DNA from: a virus
Length of the DNA stretch: 64,000 nt
Virus record (IMG/VR): IMGVR_UViG_3300028394_003336
Direction: 5' to 3' (one strand)
A model generated the notes under the pieces. It was not told where the DNA came from. It saw nothing but the letters and a program-made list of their open reading frames with translations, and searched no databases. The translations under genes and the position numbers were made by a program. Positions 50,742-56,710 of this stretch are shown here, in pieces (the stretch's first letter is position 1; the number at the start of each line of letters is the position of its first letter).

Positions 50742-51131
50742 ATGAGTAAAGTAACAAAAAACCCCACATTATTTGTGGATATAGACGGTACAATTGTGAA
50801 GTATCGTAAATTTAATGAATTAGCCACAGCAGTATTAACACCCATTCAAGATGTAATTGATTACGTAAATAACCATTACAATTCAGGGTCGGTGATAATT
50901 ATAACTACAGCACGTCCTTCAAGTTATGAGTTGATGACCAAACAAGAGCTTGAAACTCTTGGTGTAAAATATCATCAAATTGTTATGGACTGTGGAAGAG
51001 GTACAAGAGTCGTTTTAAACGATATGGACCCTGAAAACCCAATCCAACGGGCTGTTGGAATAAACTTCATTAGAGACGGTGGATTTGAACCAATAGGTGG
51101 AATCCCAGATATTAAATCGTATGAGTTATAA
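50742..51131 (+). CDS. HAD phosphatase (PseT/PNKP phosphatase-like)
   Basis: LFVDIDGT and ITTARP motifs. Confidence 0.75.
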   Translation: MSKVTKNPTLFVDIDGTIVKYRKFNELATAVLTPIQDVIDYVNNHYNSGSVIIITTARPSSYELMTKQELETLGVKYHQIVMDCGRGTRVVLNDMDPENPIQRAVGINFIRDGGFEPIGGIPDIKSYEL

Positions 51132-51483
51132 AGTATCACCAAAAAGACATTTAGCTAAAACAATTAGTTATAGAATTATCAGTACATTAATCGGATTTTT
51201 TGCCATGTGGTGGGCAACAGGAGATATTAGATTTGGAACCGCTTTTGGTTTTATTGAATTAATTTTCAAACCATTTTTATATTACGCCCACGAAAGGGTA
51301 TGGTACAAATGGTTCAAATTTGGATTAGTTGAGGAAAAGAAACCCAAACCAAAAAAAGTTCAATTAAATGAAGTGGAGACTAAAGTCTTAGAAGAAGTTC
51401 AACCTGAACCATTAAGTAAAGAACCAACAAATATAGTTCAACCTACAGGAAAAAAAGTATTAAGTTATTCATCTAATAGATAA
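51121..51483 (+). CDS. DUF2061-like membrane protein
   Basis: RHLAKTISYRI...LYYAHERVW. Confidence 0.8.
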   Translation: MSYKVSPKRHLAKTISYRIISTLIGFFAMWWATGDIRFGTAFGFIELIFKPFLYYAHERVWYKWFKFGLVEEKKPKPKKVQLNEVETKVLEEVQPEPLSKEPTNIVQPTGKKVLSYSSNR

Positions 51484-51505
51484 ACCGAGTTCGCTCGGTT
51501 TTTTT
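51482..51505 (+). terminator. Intrinsic terminator
   Basis: AAACCGAG-TTCG-CTCGGTTTTTTT. Confidence 0.9.
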
Positions 51506-51533
51506 ATTTCAAATTGTTGTATTTATATAACAT

Positions 51534-53492
51534 ATGAGGAGCACAGACATTAAAAAAATACTTGAATCATTTGATAAAATTCTTAATGAGAATAAATCAT
51601 TTGTTAATGAAGCCGCCATTAATTCACCATTAGACCAAACATCTGCTGGTTCAGGATTTGGACAAAGGTGGGGTAAATTGCATAATGGTGTTGATTTGGC
51701 AGCAAATGCTGCGGAAGTTAAAGCGCCTGCTGATGGTGTTGTTGTAACAGTTGCCGCTGACGAATACCCATGTGGTGGTACAATTGTTATTGACCATGCC
51801 GATGGATATAGAACAGGATTTTGTCATTTACAAAAAATAAATGTTACTTCTGGTCAACAAGTTAAACAAGGGGATGTTATTGCAATTAGTGGTGGAGGTG
51901 CAGGTGACCCAGGACGTGGTAGAAGCGACGGAAGACATTTACATTTTACTCTTAAAAAAGATGGTCAATATGTTGACCCAATGGATTATATAAATAAATC
52001 GGGTGTTAATTTAACAGGACCAGTTCCAACATCAAGTTCAACATCAGTTCCAACATCAAGTTCAACGTCAGGTACAACCGCACCAAAAGGAAACTTAGAT
52101 TTTAAAACAAACGATACCACATTCATTAATAATATAGCCAACCCGATTATATCTCAACTTAAATCAAGTGTTGGCATCAAAGAGGAATCAAATAATGTTA
52201 AAAGAATACTTAAGTCATTTGATAAAATTCTTAATGAAAACAAGTCATTTGTTAACGAAGCATCCGCAACAAGTAATGAATTACTTGGTGGAACTCAAGT
52301 AAAAATACCTGCCAGTGGAGCACATGCTGGTCAATCAGGTTGGCAAAGTGGAAACGCTTGGGATATAGCGGCAGCACCAAATACTCCTGTTTATGCAATT
52401 GCCTCAGGTAAGGTAATTACTTTGAAAGATAACGGTACAGATGTTATTGAAACTGAAGGTAAGAGATTATATGGGTACGGATTTACTGTAGATAGTGAAA
52501 ATAACCTTCCTGACGTTTATTATACTCATTTGACAACCGTAAGTGTAAAACAAGGAGATAATATTCAATGTGGACAATTTCTTGGGTATGTAATGAAATC
52601 ACCTAAATCCGTAAATTATGACCATGTACACATTGGAGTTGAAACTGGTCACGAAATTACTGAGTTTTTAAATGCTGATGGTAGTTTAAAATGTGGTGGT
52701 GGAACAATTACTGGTTCGGGTTCCACTTCAATGTCAGGAACAACTACATCAACACCAAAAGCAAATTTAGACTTTAAAACAAACGATGCAACATTTGTAA
52801 ACAATATTGCAGGCCCATTAGTATCCCAACTTCAAGCAGGGGCGGGTATTAAAGAACAAACGACTAAAGGTAAAGAAAGATTTTATTTACAATTCTGTAA
52901 TATTTCACAATTAGCGGTTAAAAACGGACAACAAATAAGTGATGGAACCCTTTTAGGTAAAACCGATACTGATGTTGAAGTTAGTAAATTTGACACCAAT
53001 AGAACCAAAATTAGATTAAAAAAAGGAGATATTAATTTGGGTAAAGATATCAAAGAGTATTTAGGTATTTTAACGATACCAAAGGACTCAAACACAAAAA
53101 TAAAAAGCCCTGTTTCAGGAATCGTAACAACCAAATACAATAGCTCTTGTAAAAATCAAATAACTATTGAATATTATGTTGGTAATGACAAAGTAAAAGA
53201 TAATAAAGGAACAAGAACAAAAGACCCTACATTTTCAGACCCATTAATGGGAGCAATTCTAACCGCACCACTGACCATATTCAAAGACAAATATGATAAA
53301 GATACAGGTGAATTAAAACAAAAAAGGTGGGGATATACTGGTGAAAAAGTTGACCCTTGGGTTAAAGATGCAATTGTTGCACCATTCAAAAAAATCGGAG
53401 ACTTATTTAGAAAAGAAAACAAAGAAGAGGAAGAAAGAAAAAAGAAGAAAGTTTATGAAAATATAGAAAAAATTAAAAAGTTATTAAAATAA
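51534..53492 (+). CDS. Multi-module M23 peptidase (peptidoglycan hydrolase-like) late protein
   Basis: HNGVD...HLHF in module 1; WDI...YYTH...HVH in module 2; late motif at 51520-51527. Confidence 0.85.
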   Translation: MRSTDIKKILESFDKILNENKSFVNEAAINSPLDQTSAGSGFGQRWGKLHNGVDLAANAAEVKAPADGVVVTVAADEYPCGGTIVIDHADGYRTGFCHLQKINVTSGQQVKQGDVIAISGGGAGDPGRGRSDGRHLHFTLKKDGQYVDPMDYINKSGVNLTGPVPTSSSTSVPTSSSTSGTTAPKGNLDFKTNDTTFINNIANPIISQLKSSVGIKEESNNVKRILKSFDKILNENKSFVNEASATSNELLGGTQVKIPASGAHAGQSGWQSGNAWDIAAAPNTPVYAIASGKVITLKDNGTDVIETEGKRLYGYGFTVDSENNLPDVYYTHLTTVSVKQGDNIQCGQFLGYVMKSPKSVNYDHVHIGVETGHEITEFLNADGSLKCGGGTITGSGSTSMSGTTTSTPKANLDFKTNDATFVNNIAGPLVSQLQAGAGIKEQTTKGKERFYLQFCNISQLAVKNGQQISDGTLLGKTDTDVEVSKFDTNRTKIRLKKGDINLGKDIKEYLGILTIPKDSNTKIKSPVSGIVTTKYNSSCKNQITIEYYVGNDKVKDNKGTRTKDPTFSDPLMGAILTAPLTIFKDKYDKDTGELKQKRWGYTGEKVDPWVKDAIVAPFKKIGDLFRKENKEEEERKKKKVYENIEKIKKLLK

Positions 53493-53524
53493 AAAAACCC
53501 ACCAATTGGTGGGTTAATTTTTTT
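53491..53524. terminator. Terminator between convergent units
   Basis: AACCCACC-AATT-GGTGGGTT flanked by A and T tracts. Confidence 0.75.
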
Positions 53525-53537
53525 ACAGAAAGTTATA

Positions 53538-53717
53538 TTATTTAACTTCTTCTGCCTTAGGAGTTTCAGCTTTTGCTGGGTCTACAGAAATAACTGTAGA
53601 ATCTACTTTAGTTGAATCAGCTACAACAGCAGTTGAATCAGTTTTTACTTCAGTTGATGTTCCTGTTCCGCAAGATGCCAATGCAATGATTGACAAGATA
53701 GCTAGGATTTTTTTCAT
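53538..53717 (-). CDS. Small lipoprotein, 59 aa, with three D-S-T motifs (not in ORF track)
   Basis: MKKILAILSIIALAS-CGTGTSTEVKTDSTAVVADSTKVDSTVISVDPAKAETPKAEEVK; late motif at 53759-53766. Confidence 0.8.
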   Translation of the reverse strand: MKKILAILSIIALASCGTGTSTEVKTDSTAVVADSTKVDSTVISVDPAKAETPKAEEVK

Positions 53718-53812
53718 GTTCTTTTTTTTTTAGGTTAATGTTTAATAACTTATAAGACTATAAATATATAAAAACTTATCTAATTAGTCAATTTATAGGT
53801 TAAATTATTTTG

Positions 53813-53900
53813 CGGAGAGTGCTGGATTTGAACCAGCGGTACCCTTTAGGAGTACGACAGTTTAGCAAACTATTGGATTAAACCTCTCTCCCAACTCTCC
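53813..53900 (-). tRNA. tRNA-Ser(GCT)
   Basis: GGAGAGT/ACTCTCC acceptor, loop TT-GCT-AA, long variable arm. Confidence 0.9.
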
Positions 53901-53904
53901 ATTG

Positions 53905-53978
53905 TTGGAGTAGGTGGACTCGAACCACCGACATTCACCGTATCAGGATGACGCTCTAACCAACTGAGCTATACTCCA
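53905..53978 (-). tRNA. tRNA-Ile(GAT)
   Basis: Loop CT-GAT-AC; GGTTCGAGTCC T-arm. Confidence 0.92.
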
Positions 53979-53986
53979 ATAAAATA

Positions 53987-54103
53987 AGGTAGAAGCACCC
54001 AAAAGGGGTTTGGCCTCGGGTTACATCACGTATAGGAGCCCTGTGCTCCAACCCCGATATTGTGCGACGGCCGCATCAGTTTCTACTGAATCCTTCTCTA
54101 CCT
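53987..54103 (-). ncRNA. Unassigned structured RNA A in the tRNA array
   Basis: AGGTAG/CTACCT closing stem; GGCC/GGCC, TCGGG/CCCGA and GGAGC/GCTCC helices. Confidence 0.6.
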
Positions 54104-54108
54104 CATTG

Positions 54109-54180
54109 TGTGACTAGAGAGAATCGAACTCTCACATGAAGCGCCACAAGCTTCCGCCCTACCATTAGGCTATAGCCACC
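54109..54180 (-). tRNA. tRNA-His(GTG)
   Basis: GAAGC-TT-GTG-GC-GCTTC; encoded G-1. Confidence 0.9.
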
Positions 54181-54185
54181 ATGTG

Positions 54186-54257
54186 TTGCGGTGAGAAGAA
54201 TTGAACTTCTGACGACTTGGATATGAATCAAGTGTTCTACCACTGAACTACACCGCA
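54186..54257 (-). tRNA. tRNA-Met(CAT)
   Basis: TGCGGTG/CACCGCA acceptor, loop TT-CAT-AT; initiator versus elongator unresolved. Confidence 0.8.
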
Positions 54258-54263
54258 ATTTTG

Positions 54264-54335
54264 AGGTCCCATAGGGATTCGAACCCCAACTCTTTTCGTC
54301 CGTAGCGAAATGTTTTTCCATTAAACTATGGAACC
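54264..54335 (-). tRNA. tRNA-Arg(ACG)
   Basis: TTTCG-CT-ACG-GA-CGAAA. Confidence 0.9.
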
Positions 54336-54339
54336 GAAG

Positions 54340-54410
54340 TTATCCCCTAAGGATTCGAACCTTAAATAATTGGACCAAAACCAATTGTGTTACCGTTACA
54401 CCAGAGGATA
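54340..54410 (-). tRNA. tRNA-Gln(TTG)
   Basis: ATTGG-TT-TTG-GT-CCAAT; U1-A72 pair. Confidence 0.9.
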
Positions 54411-54416
54411 AAATTG

Positions 54417-54490
54417 TGGACCCTCACGGGCTCGAACCGTGGACCTAATGATTATGAGTCATTTGCTCTAACCGACTGAGCTAAGGGTCC
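54417..54490 (-). tRNA. tRNA-Ile2(CAT, lysidine type)
   Basis: GGACCCTTAGCTCAG...GA-CT-CAT-AA-TC body resembles bacterial Ile2 tRNAs. Confidence 0.8.
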
Positions 54491-54492
54491 CA

Positions 54493-54597
54493 AAAACCTA
54501 CCATATGAATGTTTTATCCCCTTACGGGCCACGGCCATTAAGTGCGTCACTTTCATTCATCGGCCATCACACGGTTTCACCGCCTGAGGTAAGTTTT
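54493..54597 (-). ncRNA. Unassigned structured RNA B in the tRNA array
   Basis: AAAACTTACC/GGTAGGTTTT closing stem; CGGT-GAA-ACCG, ATGAATG/CATTCAT and CCC-GTAA-GGG helices. Confidence 0.55.
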
Positions 54598-54598
54598 G

Positions 54599-54680
54599 TG
54601 GGAGTAGCTGGACTCGAACCAACGAACTCAAAAGAGGGGACATTTACAGTGTCCTGCCATTGCCACTAGGCAATACTCCC
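54599..54680 (-). tRNA. tRNA-Tyr(GTA)
   Basis: GGACA-CT-GTA-AA-TGTCC; variable arm. Confidence 0.9.
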
Positions 54681-54686
54681 AAAAAA

Positions 54687-54825
54687 CAGGAAAGGAGAAG
54701 ATGGTCGAGTGGACAACTCCTTTTATGATTGGCATTACTAACGTTGGTTTCAACTCCGATACAGTCGGCCAATGCTTTTTGAGCTCCACCAACAGGCTAA
54801 CCTGTATCATTCCCCAATCAACCTC
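54687..54825 (-). ncRNA. Unassigned structured RNA C (possible double pseudoknot)
   Basis: TGATTGG/CCAATCA, ACAGG/CCTGT, CCGA/TCGG, GTTG/CAAC and AAAGGAG/CTCCTTT helices. Confidence 0.6.
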
Positions 54826-54827
54826 TG

Positions 54828-54900
54828 CACGCATGTCAGGACTCGAACCTGAAACTCCTAGTTTTGGAGACTAGTGCTCTACCAATTGAGCTACACACGC
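54828..54900 (-). tRNA. tRNA-Trp(CCA)
   Basis: CTAGT-CT-CCA-AA-ACTAG; G73. Confidence 0.9.
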
Positions 54901-54901
54901 A

Positions 54902-55021
54902 TTATTTTTTTATAATTCCAGCCTTAACAAGAAACTTACGAGCAGATTTCTTATTCTTACAGGCTTTCTTCGTCACCTTTTTAATTGCCTTGACCATTTG
55001 GTCTATTTGTTTTTTTCTCAT
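54902..55021 (-). CDS. Small basic peptide, 39 aa (not in ORF track)
   Basis: MRKKQIDQMVKAIKKVTKKACKNKKSARKFLVKAGIIKK exactly fills the Cys-Trp tRNA spacer. Confidence 0.55.
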   Translation of the reverse strand: MRKKQIDQMVKAIKKVTKKACKNKKSARKFLVKAGIIKK

Positions 55022-55022
55022 G

Positions 55023-55094
55023 AGGTCAGTACAGGATTCGAACCTGTGTAAATAGTTTTGCAGACTATCGCCTAAGCCACTCGGCCAACTGACC
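55023..55094 (-). tRNA. tRNA-Cys(GCA)
   Basis: ATAGT-CT-GCA-AA-ACTAT; U73. Confidence 0.92.
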
Positions 55095-55099
55095 TTATT

Positions 55100-55432
55100 T
55101 TAATGGGTTCCATTTGTTAATGAAATCCCATGTCTTATTCCTGTGATAAAATCTTCAATCTCACCCTCAGTCATATTTTTATATTTACTCCCAACCATAT
55201 TCCCAATTTCATTACCACAATCACTTAAATCACCTTCATAATCCATTGAGCGACTATATTCTAATAAACTGAATGCAATCCAAGACAAGTCATCACTATT
55301 AAATGTTCTTTCCATATTTTTAATGGATTCTACCAGTTGTTTTCCAAACCATTCTTTCCATTCCTCAAAGGTAAACTTTGAATCAGGATTATCTAAAAGA
55401 AAGTTTTTATATTGTGTTTCTAATGTTGCCAT
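55100..55432 (-). CDS. Hypothetical protein
   Basis: ORF inside the tRNA operon. Confidence 0.7.
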   Translation of the reverse strand: MATLETQYKNFLLDNPDSKFTFEEWKEWFGKQLVESIKNMERTFNSDDLSWIAFSLLEYSRSMDYEGDLSDCGNEIGNMVGSKYKNMTEGEIEDFITGIRHGISLTNGTH

Positions 55433-55457
55433 AATTTTAATTATTTATTATATTTTT

Positions 55458-55691
55458 CTAATGAACCATGTCAAAACTGATGTTATTGTTTGACATTAGT
55501 TCACGGAGTTCTTCCCTTATTTCTTGATAAGCATCATACTTATCTTTTGGTAAATCATCAGACGCGTATTTTGTCTTAGACCTCAAAGACTGGTCCAATT
55601 CCCATAGTACACTCCAAAATTTGAGACCACTATTTGCCAAATCAAAATCTTGTTGGTCATCAGGTAAGTTAAATTCAAGTATTGCTTTCAT
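55458..55691 (-). CDS. Hypothetical phage protein
   Basis: MKAILEFNLPDD start. Confidence 0.7.
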   Translation of the reverse strand: MKAILEFNLPDDQQDFDLANSGLKFWSVLWELDQSLRSKTKYASDDLPKDKYDAYQEIREELRELMSNNNISFDMVH

Positions 55692-55706
55692 AATATACAT
55701 TTTTTG

Positions 55707-55779
55707 TGACCCCGCCGAGACTCGAACTCGGGACTCCTAAATTAAAAGTTTAGTGCTCTACCAACTGAGCTACAAGGTC
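55707..55779 (-). tRNA. tRNA-Lys(TTT)
   Basis: CTAAA-CT-TTT-AA-TTTAG. Confidence 0.92.
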
Positions 55780-55784
55780 TGTTG

Positions 55785-55857
55785 TGGTAACGGTCAGAAT
55801 CGAACTGACGACACCTTGCTCTTCAGGCAAGTGCTCTACCAACTGAGCTACGTCACC
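55785..55857 (-). tRNA. tRNA-Phe(GAA)
   Basis: CTTGC-CT-GAA-GA-GCAAG. Confidence 0.92.
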
Positions 55858-55858
55858 A

Positions 55859-56074
55859 TTAATTCACTTCAATATCTTCCAAAGGTACATCTTCTCCTTG
55901 AGTATGCCTATAAACTGTGTTAAAAAACTCTCCTAACAATCTATAATCCTCAGGAATCATATGACAAAAATCAAATGCAGGAATTGCATCATGAATCTTA
56001 CCTTGAACCACTTTATCTCTTTTTTCATCTGGTTTGTACTCAAACACAATATGACCTCTAAAAATATATTTCAT
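55859..56074 (-). CDS. Hypothetical protein
   Basis: 71-aa ORF between the Val and Phe tRNAs. Confidence 0.65.
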   Translation of the reverse strand: MKYIFRGHIVFEYKPDEKRDKVVQGKIHDAIPAFDFCHMIPEDYRLLGEFFNTVYRHTQGEDVPLEDIEVN

Positions 56075-56075
56075 A

Positions 56076-56136
56076 ACTTCCGATTTTGTCTTGTTTTTAC
56101 TTCCGACTTTGGACGGGTTTTACTTCCGACTTTGTC
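56076..56136. repeat. Three direct repeats ACTTCCGA(T/C)TTTG with 23-nt period
   Basis: Copies start at 56076, 56099 and 56122. Confidence 0.85.
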
Positions 56137-56144
56137 ATTTTTTG

Positions 56145-56217
56145 TAGTCCCTGTAGGAATCGAACCTACGACACCTTGGATGTAAACCAAGTGCTCTTCC
56201 AACTGAGCTAAAGGACT
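56145..56217 (-). tRNA. tRNA-Val(TAC)
   Basis: CTTGG-TT-TAC-AT-CCAAG. Confidence 0.92.
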
Positions 56218-56223
56218 ATAAAT

Positions 56224-56310
56224 GATGACACCATTGACTCTCTCAATGCGTTTACGGCAGGGATTAGTAACCTTATCCTTTCGGAATTCGTCCTCTCTTA
56301 TGCCATCATC
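56224..56310 (-). ncRNA. Unassigned structured RNA D (tRNA-sized)
   Basis: GATGATG/TGTCATC closing stem; TCC-GAAA-GGA and CATTGA/TCAATG hairpins. Confidence 0.45.
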
Positions 56311-56313
56311 TTG

Positions 56314-56385
56314 TACTCGGTACGGGAATCGAACCCGTCTTTTCAGGATGAAAACCTGATGACCTAACCGATAGTCGAACCGAGC
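56314..56385 (-). tRNA. tRNA-Glu(TTC)
   Basis: TCAGG-TT-TTC-AT-CCTGA. Confidence 0.92.
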
Positions 56386-56408
56386 ATTTAGCAAATTTAC
56401 AACCAATA

Positions 56409-56419
56409 TTTCAAAGAAC
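56409..56419 (-). promoter_or_regulatory. boxA-like antitermination motif GTTCTTTGAAA
   Basis: Resembles rrn boxA; a near-identical GTTCTTTAAAA precedes the tmRNA (46076-46086). Confidence 0.5.
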
Positions 56420-56420
56420 C

Positions 56421-56462
56421 AAAAATAAAAAAACCCCGAACTTCATTTCTGTCGTTCAGGGT
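56421..56462 (-). terminator. Attenuator terminator 1
   Basis: ACCCUGAAC/GUUCGGGGU 9-bp stem followed by a U-tract. Confidence 0.85.
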
Positions 56463-56499
56463 CTGTATATATAACTCTCTTCAGGAATTACCAAATCAT

Positions 56500-56574
56500 T
56501 TACACGTCTGAACTACAAGGCATAATCTCATACCAACAAATTTCTTGTTGTTTACTAAAGACTATATGACGCAT
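56500..56574 (-). CDS. Leader peptide 1, MRHIVFSKQQEICWYEIMPCSSDV (in-frame upstream ATG at 56586 adds MNTT)
   Basis: Follows TATTTATA (56592-56599); codons match the 14 downstream tRNAs; 3' part is complementary to the terminator 5' arm. Confidence 0.88.
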   Translation of the reverse strand: MRHIVFSKQQEICWYEIMPCSSDV

Positions 56575-56626
56575 TGTAGTGTTCATGTTATTATAAATAT
56601 ATACCTTTTTATTAAAGTATCAAGTG

Positions 56627-56707
56627 TACCCCAAGTCGGACTCGAACCGACACGACTTACGTCACAAGTTCCTAAGACTTGAGTGTCTACCATTTCACCA
56701 TCGGGGC
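56627..56707 (-). tRNA. tRNA-Leu(TAG)
   Basis: CAAGT-CT-TAG-GA-ACTTG; variable arm. Confidence 0.9.
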
Positions 56708-56710
56708 ATA

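Noticed and set aside
53987-54103. Hammerhead ribozyme suggested by GAAAC and CTGATG
   Set aside because: CUGAUGA is not intact (CUGAUGC), and the two motifs are adjacent rather than arranged around three stems.
56076-56136. Mini CRISPR array
   Set aside because: Repeats are 13-15 nt with 8-10-nt spacers and there are no cas genes; far too short.
54103-56406. ORF-track entries 54103-54321, 54628-54834, 54864-55055, 55961-56185 and 56071-56406
   Set aside because: They overlap well-formed tRNAs or structured RNAs and are most likely incidental open frames.
56400-56600. T-box riboswitch control of the tRNA clusters
   Set aside because: No T-box UGGNACC bulge or Stem I motifs seen in either leader; an ORF plus antiterminator explains the sequence better.
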